A stretch of DNA of 64,000 nt from an uncultured Opitutaceae bacterium (GTDB lineage: Bacteria; Verrucomicrobiota; Verrucomicrobiia; Opitutales; Opitutaceae), in contig CAISPT010000108.1 of assembly GCA_903887455.1 (NCBI GenBank), positions 3,235-67,234 of the forward strand, written 5' to 3'. A program made the position numbers and the translations under genes. The notes beneath the pieces are model-generated. The model saw nothing but the letters and a program-made list of their open reading frames with translations. It did no database searches and had not been told where the DNA came from. Shown here piece after piece: positions 45,825 through 54,180 of this stretch; positions within the stretch are counted from its first letter, which is position 1, and each line of letters starts with the position of its first letter.

Positions 45825-47171
45825 ATGAGACACCTTAGAACCACCCTCGCACTCATCGTCGGAGCCCTCGCGGTGTTGCCGCTGGCGGCCCAGCAGAACC
45901 GGAAGAGCCCCCACGAAACCGTGAGCACCGTCCTCGGCGACTGGCGCACCGGCAACCGGGTCACCGTCGTCTACGGGCGGCCCTACACCAAGGACCCCAA
46001 GACAGGCGCCCCGCGCGCGATCTGGGGCGGTCTGGTGAAGTGGGACGCGGCCTACAGGCTCGGGGCCGACGAGGCCACGACCCTTATTGTCCAGAAGCCG
46101 CTCATGCTCGGGACCGCGCTCGTGCCCGCCGGCGCCTACACCCTCTACTTGGTTCCCTCCCAGGCCGGCGCGTCCAAGCTCGCGATCAGCACGAATGTCG
46201 GCAAATGGGGCGATCCGGTCGACGAGACGCACGACCTCGCCCGCGTGGACCTCGCAAAGGAGGCGCTCGAAGCGCCGGTCGACCAGCTGACAATTTCCGT
46301 GGATTCCGACCCTTCGGGCTCGGGGACCCTGAAGATCCGCTGGGAGAAGACCCAGTACTCGGTGGCGCTCAAGGCTCCGGAGCCGCAGCTCGCCTTCCCG
46401 CAATCCAGCCCCACGGCGACCCTCCGGCAGCGGATCGGGATCACGGACATCGAGGTGGTCTACTCCCGCCCCAGCGCCAAGGGCCGCGTCATGCTCGGCG
46501 GCAACAACCCCTACGGGCAGGTCTGGCGGACCGGCGCCAACAGCGCCACCCGGATCACCTTCAGCACACCCGTCACCGTCGAGGGGTCGCACCTTGACGC
46601 CGGAACCTACGAGCTGTTCACGATCCCGGCGAAGGACCAGTGGACCATCATCTTCCAGAAGGCGGGCGACCAGTGGGGCGCGTATTCCTATGACGCGAAG
46701 AACGACGTCCTGAGGGTGACGGCCAAGCCCGTCGAGCTCGCCGAACCCGTCGAGACGTTCACGATCGAGTTCAACGACTTCCGTGCGAGCACGGCCACGC
46801 TCGACCTCGTCTGGGAGCACACCCGGGTCCCGGTGAAGCTCGACGTCGACGTCGTGGGGGCGCTTGTCCCCAAGATCGAGGCCGCCATGGCAGCGCCCGG
46901 CAAGAAGCCCTACTTCCCGGCTGCGATGTTCTACTTGGACAACAACCTGGACCTCGCGAAGGCGGAGGCCTGGATGGACGCCGCCATCGCCGAACAGCCG
47001 GGCGCGTACTACATGGTCTACCGCAAGGCCCTTATTCAGGCCAAGCGCGGGGACAAGGCGGGAGCCGAAAGCTCGGCCCGCCACTCGATCGAGCTCGCCT
47101 CCAAGGAGACCGGTCCCGCCAAGGACGAGTACGTGCGCCTTAACGAGGCCCTCATTGCGAGCTTGAAGTGA
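45825..47171 (+). CDS. Secreted protein with two tandem DUF2911 domains and a C-terminal TPR-like helical region
   Basis: 448 aa with a signal peptide. The second domain has the DUF2911 hallmark YGQVWRTGANSATRITF. The first has the degenerate version WDAAYRLGADEATTLI. Confidence 0.75.
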   Translation: MRHLRTTLALIVGALAVLPLAAQQNRKSPHETVSTVLGDWRTGNRVTVVYGRPYTKDPKTGAPRAIWGGLVKWDAAYRLGADEATTLIVQKPLMLGTALVPAGAYTLYLVPSQAGASKLAISTNVGKWGDPVDETHDLARVDLAKEALEAPVDQLTISVDSDPSGSGTLKIRWEKTQYSVALKAPEPQLAFPQSSPTATLRQRIGITDIEVVYSRPSAKGRVMLGGNNPYGQVWRTGANSATRITFSTPVTVEGSHLDAGTYELFTIPAKDQWTIIFQKAGDQWGAYSYDAKNDVLRVTAKPVELAEPVETFTIEFNDFRASTATLDLVWEHTRVPVKLDVDVVGALVPKIEAAMAAPGKKPYFPAAMFYLDNNLDLAKAEAWMDAAIAEQPGAYYMVYRKALIQAKRGDKAGAESSARHSIELASKETGPAKDEYVRLNEALIASLK

Positions 47172-49714
47172 CCCCCCGCTCCCGCCCCATCACCGACGGG
47201 GGGCCCAGGTCCGCGCCGAGGCTTGCCCTAGGCGCAGCCGGCCTCGCGCTGCTTCTCTCGCCCCTTCTCGGAGCGGCGGGGCAGCCGGCGCCCCCGCCGC
47301 CCGCGGCGATCGCTCAGGAGCTCAGGGATTTCGGCGTGATGGGCACGGTGCTCTATGTGGCAGCCCATCCCGACGACGAGAACACGATGTTGCTCACCTA
47401 CCTCGCCCGGGGGCGGGGCTACCGGACGGCGTACCTCTCGCTCACCCGCGGCGACGGCGGGCAGAACCTCCTGGGCCCCGAGTTTGGCGACCTCCTCGGC
47501 GTCATCCGGACCCAGGAGCTCCTTGCCGCGCGCCAACTTGACGGCAGCCGGCAGTTCTTCAGCCGCGCGAGGGACTTCGGCTATTCGAAGGACTACCGGC
47601 AGACCCTCACGAAGTGGGACCACCAGCAGGTGCTTTCCGACATCGTCCGTGTCATCCGGACGTTCCGCCCGGACGTCGTGATCACCCGCTTTCCGCCCGA
47701 GCCGGGAGGCACCCACGGGCACCACACGGCCTCGGCTTACCTGGCGGTGGAGGCCTTCGGGATGGCGGGCGACCCGGCGGCGTTCCCTGAGCAACTCGCG
47801 GGACTTTCGCCGTGGAAGCCGCGGCGGATCGTATGGAATGGCTGGTGGGGCCCCGGCCGGGCCGCGCCCGACGCGGGCGCGGCGGCGATGCTCCACCTCG
47901 CGATCGACGGGGACGACCCGGTGTCCGGGGCGTCGTTTGCCGTTCTGGCCGCGAAGAGCAGGTCCATGCACCGGACCCAGGGCTTCGCCAACTTTTCCGT
48001 GGCATCGGCCGGCTCCGGGCCCCACACCGAGTCGTTCAAGGTGCTGGCGGGCGAAGCCGCCTCGGCTGACATCATGGACGGCGTCGACACGACCTGGGCC
48101 CGCATCCCGGGCGGCGCTGCGGTGGGCGAGCTGGCTGCGCGCGCCGAGCGGCAGTTCAACCCATCCGATCCCGCGGCGAGCGTGCCGGTGCTCCTTGAGC
48201 TGAAGGGCGCCCTCGCCCGCCTGCCGATGGACCCGCTTGTGGATGAGAAACGCGCAAGGCTCGACCGGATCCTCGCCTCGTGCCTCGGCCTCGCGGTCGA
48301 GACGGCGGTCCCGCAGAGGGATTTTGTCCCGGGCGAGCCCGTGCGCCTCCACCACACCGCAACCGTCTCCTCCCCGGTTCCCGTCGAGTGGGTCGCGGTG
48401 CGCTACCCGACCCTGGGCCGCAAGGCGCGGGGACCCGGGCTGTTGGCCCCCGGGGTCCCGGCAGCGGTCGACGCCAAGCGGACCCTACCCGGGGGAACCC
48501 CCCTCACCGAACCCTACTGGCTCCGCGAGCCGGGGACGCCGGGCATGTTCCGCGTGGACGACGCCTCGCTGATCGGCCGCCCCGAGGCGCCTGCCCCCAT
48601 CCCCGTGGAGGACGTCTTCGAGGTGGGGGGCCAGACGCTCGTCGTGGCCCACGATGCGGTGTGTGAGGAGGGGAAGCCGGAGGAGCGCCTGGTACCGCGC
48701 GTCATCCCGCCGGTGACGCTCGGGCTCGGATCCCCCGTCGTCCTCTTCTCACCCGGATCGACCCGCACCGTCACCGTTTCGGTCGCCGCGTCGAGGGCCG
48801 GCCTTTCGGGCGCGGTTTCGCTCGAGGCGCCCGACGGCTGGAAGGCCTCCCCGCGGTCGCGCCCCTTTGAGCTGAAGGCGGCGGGCGACCGCGCCGACTT
48901 CACCTTCGAGGTCACCGCTCCTTCCGCCCCCTCGACCTCCGAGGTCCGCGCGATCGCCCAGATCGGGGGCAAGAGCTACGGCAGCGACCGGATCGAGATC
49001 ACCTACGGGCACATCCCGCCCCAGCTCCTGCAGCCCCCCGCGCGCTTCAAGGCCGTTTGCGCCGATCTTCAAATCCGCGGACGCCGGGTGGGGTACCTGC
49101 CTGGGGCGGGGGACAGCACGGCGGCAAGCCTGCGGCAACTGGGCTACGAGGTGGTGACGCTCGACGACAAGGACCTCACGCCCGAGGGCCTCAAAGGGCT
49201 CGACGCGGTCGTAATCGGCGTACGGGCCTTCAACACGAGGCCCAGGCTTCCGGCCCACCTGAGGGAGCTCTTCGGCTACGCCGAGTCGGGGGGGACTGTG
49301 GTCGAGCAGTACAATACCCCCGGCGGGCTCCAGACCGACCAGTTGGCGCCGTTCCCGCTCAAGCTCTCCCGTGACTTGCCCCGCTTCCGCGTGACGGACG
49401 AAAAGGGTGCGGTGACGCTGCTCCTGCCCGGGCATCCCGCGCTCAACACCCCCAACCGCATCACGGCGGCCGACTTCGAGGGCTGGGTCCAGGAGCGCGG
49501 GCTCGATTTCGCGAGCGAGTTCGACGCCGGGCGCGCGGATGCCCTGATCGCCTGCAGCGACCCCGGCGAGCCCCCGCTCAAGGGAGGGCTGCTCGTCGCC
49601 CGAGTGGGCAAGGGGTACTACGTGTACACCGGGCTCTCCTTCTTCAGGCAGCTTCCCGCGGGAGTCCCCGGCGCCTACCGGCTTTTCGCAAACCTGGTCT
49701 CGCTCGGAAAATGA
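47168..49714 (+). CDS. PIG-L/LmbE-family deacetylase, large multidomain form (C-terminal ThuA/GATase1-like domain)
   Basis: 848 aa with a GTGA overlap with the upstream gene. Has the LmbE motif VLYVAAHPDDEN and a later HGHH block. C-terminal LDAVVIGVRAFN...GGTVVEQYN resembles ThuA-like folds. Confidence 0.8.
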   Translation: MTPRSRPITDGGPRSAPRLALGAAGLALLLSPLLGAAGQPAPPPPAAIAQELRDFGVMGTVLYVAAHPDDENTMLLTYLARGRGYRTAYLSLTRGDGGQNLLGPEFGDLLGVIRTQELLAARQLDGSRQFFSRARDFGYSKDYRQTLTKWDHQQVLSDIVRVIRTFRPDVVITRFPPEPGGTHGHHTASAYLAVEAFGMAGDPAAFPEQLAGLSPWKPRRIVWNGWWGPGRAAPDAGAAAMLHLAIDGDDPVSGASFAVLAAKSRSMHRTQGFANFSVASAGSGPHTESFKVLAGEAASADIMDGVDTTWARIPGGAAVGELAARAERQFNPSDPAASVPVLLELKGALARLPMDPLVDEKRARLDRILASCLGLAVETAVPQRDFVPGEPVRLHHTATVSSPVPVEWVAVRYPTLGRKARGPGLLAPGVPAAVDAKRTLPGGTPLTEPYWLREPGTPGMFRVDDASLIGRPEAPAPIPVEDVFEVGGQTLVVAHDAVCEEGKPEERLVPRVIPPVTLGLGSPVVLFSPGSTRTVTVSVAASRAGLSGAVSLEAPDGWKASPRSRPFELKAAGDRADFTFEVTAPSAPSTSEVRAIAQIGGKSYGSDRIEITYGHIPPQLLQPPARFKAVCADLQIRGRRVGYLPGAGDSTAASLRQLGYEVVTLDDKDLTPEGLKGLDAVVIGVRAFNTRPRLPAHLRELFGYAESGGTVVEQYNTPGGLQTDQLAPFPLKLSRDLPRFRVTDEKGAVTLLLPGHPALNTPNRITAADFEGWVQERGLDFASEFDAGRADALIACSDPGEPPLKGGLLVARVGKGYYVYTGLSFFRQLPAGVPGAYRLFANLVSLGK

Positions 49715-49845
49715 GGGCGCCATCGGACGACGACTCGACCGGCCTGCCATGGCCCAGGAGCTGGAGGGGCGTCTACGGCCTCGTCCTCGGGGTGTTCCTC
49801 GGTTGGGTCCTTCTCCTGTCGCTCCTCACCCGGCTGTTCCCGTGA
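49711..49845 (+). CDS. Candidate 44-aa single-TM small protein (not in the ORF track), translationally coupled on both sides
   Basis: My own translation is MRAPSDDDSTGLPWPRSWRGVYGLVLGVFLGWVLLLSLLTRLFP. Its ATG overlaps the LmbE stop (ATGA). Its TGA overlaps the GTG that begins the conserved symporter N-terminus (GTGA). Confidence 0.4.
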   Translation: MRAPSDDDSTGLPWPRSWRGVYGLVLGVFLGWVLLLSLLTRLFP

Positions 49846-51554
49846 ACGCCCTCGACTACTCCATTCTGTTCGGGTCGATGCTCGCGATCGCGCTCTACGC
49901 GATCTGGAGCACGCGCGGGAGCCGTGACCTGAGCGGCTACCTGAAGGGCTCGGGGCAGACCCGCTGGTTCACGATCGGTCTCTCGGTCATGGCGACGCAG
50001 GCAAGCGCGATCACGTTCCTCTCGACCCCGGGACAGGGCTACGAGGACGGCCTCGGCTTCGTTCAGAACTATTTCGGCGCACCCCTCGCGCTGATCCTGA
50101 TCTCCGCCGTCTTCGTCCCGCTCTACCGCAGGCTGAAGGTCTACACCGCCTACGAGTACCTGGGCCATCGCTTCGACCCTAAGACGCGGCTCCTTGGGGC
50201 CGGGCTCTTTCTTGTGCAAAGGGGCCTGGGCGCCGGAATCACGATCTATGCCCCGGCCATCGTGCTGTCCACCGTCATGGGTTGGCGCCTCGACGCCACG
50301 ATCGTGTGCAGCGGACTGTTGGTCGTCGCGTACACGGTGGCCGGCGGCTGCGACGCCGTCAGCCTCACCCAGAAGTACCAGATCGGGGTGATCTTCGCCG
50401 GCATGGTCGCCGCCTTCTTCGTGCTCCTCTCAAAGCTTCCGGCCGGACTGACGGCGACCGACGCGCTCGCGGTGGCCGGCGGCTTCCACAAGCTCCAGGC
50501 CGTCGACTTCTCCCCGAGCATGGACCGTCGTTACACGGTCTGGTCAGGGGTCCTCGGGGGCATGTTCCTGGCGCTCTCCTACTTCGGCACGGACCAGTCC
50601 CAGGTGCAGAGGTACCTGTCTGGGTCCTCGGTGCGCGAGAGCCGCCTGGGGCTCATGTTCAACGCCGTCTTCAAGATTCCGATGCAGTTCTTTATCCTGC
50701 TGCTCGGGGTGCTGATCTTCGTGTTCTACCAGTTCGAGAGGCCGCCCGTGTTCTTCAACCGGGCCGCATGGTCCGCCCAGGTCGCCCGCTCGAGCGACGG
50801 GCGCCTCCAGGCCCTTGACTCCGCGTTTTCCGAGGCCCACGCGGCCGAGCGCGCACAGGTCGAGGCCTGGGTCAGAGCGAGGCATGCCGGGGATGCCCGC
50901 GGAGAGGCTGCGGCTCGGGAGGCGGCCGGCGACGCCCACAAGCGGGTGGACCTCGTGAGGGCCCAGACGCGGGCCGCGCTCGACGCCGCCTCCCCGGGAA
51001 CCAAGGCCAACGACTCCGACTACGTCTTCATCACCTTCATCCTGGACCAGCTTCCCCACGGCCTCATCGGGCTCCTCGTCACCGCCTTCTTCGCGGCGGC
51101 CCTTTCCTCCAAGGCGGGGGAGCTGAACGCGCTCGGGTCCACCACCACGGTCGACATCTACCGCCATGTCGTCAGGACCGGGGCCTCGGATGCCCACTAC
51201 GTCACGGCATCGAAGGTGTTCACGGCGCTGTGGGGCTTCGTCGCGATCGGCTTTGCCCTCTTCGCCAACCTTGCCGAGAACCTGATACAGGCGGTGAACA
51301 TCCTCGGCTCCATCTTCTACGGCGTGGTGCTCGGTCTCTTCCTGGTGGCCTTCTTCTTGAAGCGCGTGGGGGGCACGGCCGTCTTCTGGGCGGCGATCGT
51401 TGCGCAGGCGCTCGTCTTCGGCCTCTACGCGACGCTGAGCATCTCGTACCTGTGGTACAACCTGATCGGCTGCGCCGCCTGCATGGCGATCGCGGTGGTC
51501 CTGCAGGCTGTCCTGCCCCCTTCGAGAAGGGGCTCGCCCGCAACCGTCTCATGA
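49842..51554 (+). CDS. Sodium:solute symporter (SSS/SSF) family transporter
   Basis: 570 aa from the GTG at 49842; the track ORF starts at 49749 with a Pro/Arg-rich non-membrane leader. It has a typical SSS N-terminus NALDYSILFGSMLAIALYAIW and 13+ TM helices. A charged helical insert of ~90 aa is also present. Confidence 0.82.
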   Translation: MNALDYSILFGSMLAIALYAIWSTRGSRDLSGYLKGSGQTRWFTIGLSVMATQASAITFLSTPGQGYEDGLGFVQNYFGAPLALILISAVFVPLYRRLKVYTAYEYLGHRFDPKTRLLGAGLFLVQRGLGAGITIYAPAIVLSTVMGWRLDATIVCSGLLVVAYTVAGGCDAVSLTQKYQIGVIFAGMVAAFFVLLSKLPAGLTATDALAVAGGFHKLQAVDFSPSMDRRYTVWSGVLGGMFLALSYFGTDQSQVQRYLSGSSVRESRLGLMFNAVFKIPMQFFILLLGVLIFVFYQFERPPVFFNRAAWSAQVARSSDGRLQALDSAFSEAHAAERAQVEAWVRARHAGDARGEAAAREAAGDAHKRVDLVRAQTRAALDAASPGTKANDSDYVFITFILDQLPHGLIGLLVTAFFAAALSSKAGELNALGSTTTVDIYRHVVRTGASDAHYVTASKVFTALWGFVAIGFALFANLAENLIQAVNILGSIFYGVVLGLFLVAFFLKRVGGTAVFWAAIVAQALVFGLYATLSISYLWYNLIGCAACMAIAVVLQAVLPPSRRGSPATVS

Positions 51555-52321
51555 GCCCCGTGATCTGCTTCGGCCAGCAGCCCTGCGGGTTCTTCCCGCG
51601 CCGGTTCCTCGCGGCCAAGGTGTTCACGGCGCGCCGCCTCCGCGCCGAGATGGGCGGCGAGATTGTGTTCTTTCTCCACGACAGCGACCACGACCCGCGG
51701 GAGACCCAGACGACCCTCAGGCACCGCCGGACCGGAGAGGCCCACACGCTCAACTTCGCCTTTGAGAACAAGGTGCAGCGGAAGTTCTCGCCGCTCTTCG
51801 CGAAGCGGATCCCGGAGGGCTGGCGCGACAACACGGCCAGGCAGCTCCCCGCCTACGTGGACCCGGCCTGGGTGGAGGCCTTCAGGAAGGTCGAGGCGCG
51901 CAACGTCGCGGACTTCTGCCTGGAGATGTACCGCCGGATGGGGCTGCTGGAGGGGGTGAGGGTCGTCCGCTCGGGCGACCCGGGCTTCAGGCGGCAGGCC
52001 TGCGAGATCGACGACTATTTTGTCGACGTGCCGTACCAGGGGGAGACGGTGCGGGCTCGATTCTCCGCTGGCGCGTTGCAACTTCACGAGGGCGGGGATT
52101 CATTCGTGACCCTCCCTCCCGTGCCCTACGACAAATCCCAGATCAGCCCCTCCCGTGACTCGCGCCTGAAGTGGATGCAGTCGGTTGTCCGCTGCACCCA
52201 CTACATCGCCGGGGCGGGGGAGCAGGCCTACCTCAGGAGAGAGGACGCACCGGAGATCACGTTCGTGAACCGAGACCCGATAGACCGATCCGATGAGGCC
52301 TACTGTGAAGCCGGATCCTGA
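51551..52321 (+). CDS. BshC-like protein, minimal 256-aa form (putative cysteine-adding enzyme of a bacillithiol-type pathway)
   Basis: Internal ATG of track ORF 51230..52321, overlapping the symporter stop (ATGA). Four collinear blocks resemble my recollection of B. subtilis BshC. ICFGQQPCGFFP matches VVGGQQAGLLTGP, and VFFLHDSDHD matches IFWVAGEDHD. VVRSGDPGFRR matches LLNSGDPGIKK, and HYIAGAGEQAYL matches AFIAGPGEINYW. It sits directly upstream of bshB and bshA. Confidence 0.55.
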   Translation: MSPVICFGQQPCGFFPRRFLAAKVFTARRLRAEMGGEIVFFLHDSDHDPRETQTTLRHRRTGEAHTLNFAFENKVQRKFSPLFAKRIPEGWRDNTARQLPAYVDPAWVEAFRKVEARNVADFCLEMYRRMGLLEGVRVVRSGDPGFRRQACEIDDYFVDVPYQGETVRARFSAGALQLHEGGDSFVTLPPVPYDKSQISPSRDSRLKWMQSVVRCTHYIAGAGEQAYLRREDAPEITFVNRDPIDRSDEAYCEAGS

Positions 52322-53030
52322 GGCCGGTGCCCTCCTGGCCTTCGGCGCCCACCCCGACGACATCGAGTTCGGGTGCGGCGGCGTGATCGCTCGCGAGACC
52401 CGGGCCGGGCGCCGCGCCCACCTGGTCGTGTGCTCGAGCGGCGAGTCGGCGTCCCGCGGAACCCCCTCCCGGCGCAGGGCCGAGGCGAGGCAGGCGGCGG
52501 CGCTCCTCGGCGCCACGGTCGAGTTTGTGGCGCTGGACGGCGATGCCAGTCTGGAGGCGACGCCCGCCCATGCGGCGAGGCTTGCCGCGATCATCCGGAG
52601 GCTCCGCCCGTCCCACGTCCTTGCCCCGACCTTGGTCGCCAACCAGCACCCGGACCATCCCCGGCTCGGCCGGATCGTCCGCGACGCCTCCAGGCTCGCC
52701 CGGTACGGCGGATTCTCAAAGCTCCGGGCGCGGCCGCCTCATCCGATCGGGGCCCTTCTTTTCTACGCCGTCACCCCGGAGGCGGAGCCCGCGGGCGAAA
52801 TCCCGGTCGTGATCGACATTTCCGACCCCCTCGTGCTCCGAGCGTGGACGTCCGCGATGGCGGCCCACGCCTCGCAGCTTGCGACGCGCAACTACGTGGA
52901 GCTCCAGGTCGCGCGCGCGAGGGTTCTCGGGCTTCGCGCCGGCCTCGACTACGCTCAGGCCCTTTACCCGAGCGACCCCCTGGTCTTCGGCTCGCTGGGA
53001 CCGATCGGCGCCACGGCCCGCCGTTTCTAG
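52293..53030 (+). CDS. bshB: PIG-L family deacetylase, BshB-type (N-acetylglucosaminyl-malate deacetylase)
   Basis: 245 aa. Has LLAFGAHPDDIEFGCGG and HPDH motifs. It lies immediately upstream of bshA. Confidence 0.78.
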   Translation: MRPTVKPDPEAGALLAFGAHPDDIEFGCGGVIARETRAGRRAHLVVCSSGESASRGTPSRRRAEARQAAALLGATVEFVALDGDASLEATPAHAARLAAIIRRLRPSHVLAPTLVANQHPDHPRLGRIVRDASRLARYGGFSKLRARPPHPIGALLFYAVTPEAEPAGEIPVVIDISDPLVLRAWTSAMAAHASQLATRNYVELQVARARVLGLRAGLDYAQALYPSDPLVFGSLGPIGATARRF

Positions 53031-53031
53031 C

Positions 53032-54180
53032 ATGGAGACCCCGCGGCCCCTGCGCATTGGCATCACCTGCTATCCCTCCGTCGGGGGGAGCGGCATCCTT
53101 GCGTCGGCCCTCGGCGAGGAGCTGGCCCGCAGGGGCCACGAGGCGCACTTCATTAGCTATGAGCGGCCGTTCCGCCTGCCGTGGGGGGCTCCCGGCATCT
53201 TCTTCCACCCGGTCGTGATCAACGACTACGGGCTCTTCAAGTACCCCGACTACACGCTGCCGCTGTCCGTCAAGATGGCGGAGGTGAGCCGCGACCACCA
53301 CCTCGACGTCCTTCACGTCCACTACGCCGTCCCCCACGCGACGGCGGCGATCCTCGCGCGCTCGATGCTCCCGGCGGGCTCGGCCCCCCGGGTGGTGACG
53401 ACCCTTCACGGGACGGACACGACGCTGCTCGGAAGGGATGCGGGCTACGGGCCGGCGATCACGCACGCCCTCGAGCGGTCGGACGCCGTCACGACGGTCT
53501 CCGAGTTCCTCAAGCGTGAGACGCAGGCGCACCTCTCGGTGAGGAAGCCGATCGACGTAATCCACAACTTCTTCGAGCCGCGGGAGGCGAGGAGGCCGAG
53601 GGCCGCCGTCCGCGCGGAGCTCGGGATCGGCGACAGCGAGGTCATGATCCTCCACGCCTCGAACTTAAGGCCGCTGAAGCGCATCGACGTGCTCCTGGAA
53701 AGCGCGGCGAGGATCAGGCCCAGGGACTCCTTCAAGCTGGTGGTCCTGGCCGGCGCCGACTTCTCCCCCTTCACCCAGGAGGTGGAGCGTCTCGGCCTCA
53801 CCGGCAGGGTTGTCGTCCGCGAGCAGATCACCGACATCGAGGACTACCTGCAGGCCGCGGACCTGGGGCTGTTCACGTCGGACGTCGAGAGCTTCTGCCT
53901 GAGCATCCTCGAGGCCATGTGCTTTTCCTGCCCGAGCGTGGCGACGCAGGTGGGCGGCATTCCGGAGGTCGTGGAGTCGGGCCGCTCGGGAATCCTGGTC
54001 CCCCACGGCGACACGGACGGTCTCGCGCGCGCCGTCGAGGCGCTGATCGCCGACCCGGGACTGCGGGCCAGCATGGGTGCGGCCGCCCGGCTGCGCGCCC
54101 GCTCGCTCTTCTCGGCGGCCTCGATCGTCACCCGGTACGAGGAGCTCTATCGCCGGGTTTGCGCCGGCGCCGCCGCCTGA
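53032..54180 (+). CDS. bshA: N-acetyl-alpha-D-glucosaminyl L-malate synthase (GT4)
   Basis: 382 aa from the internal ATG of track ORF 52879..54180. The blocks IGITCYPSVGGSG, FKYPDY, HVHYAVPHA, TTLHGTD and ESFCLSILEAM closely track B. subtilis BshA as I recall it. Confidence 0.85.
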   Translation: METPRPLRIGITCYPSVGGSGILASALGEELARRGHEAHFISYERPFRLPWGAPGIFFHPVVINDYGLFKYPDYTLPLSVKMAEVSRDHHLDVLHVHYAVPHATAAILARSMLPAGSAPRVVTTLHGTDTTLLGRDAGYGPAITHALERSDAVTTVSEFLKRETQAHLSVRKPIDVIHNFFEPREARRPRAAVRAELGIGDSEVMILHASNLRPLKRIDVLLESAARIRPRDSFKLVVLAGADFSPFTQEVERLGLTGRVVVREQITDIEDYLQAADLGLFTSDVESFCLSILEAMCFSCPSVATQVGGIPEVVESGRSGILVPHGDTDGLARAVEALIADPGLRASMGAAARLRARSLFSAASIVTRYEELYRRVCAGAAA

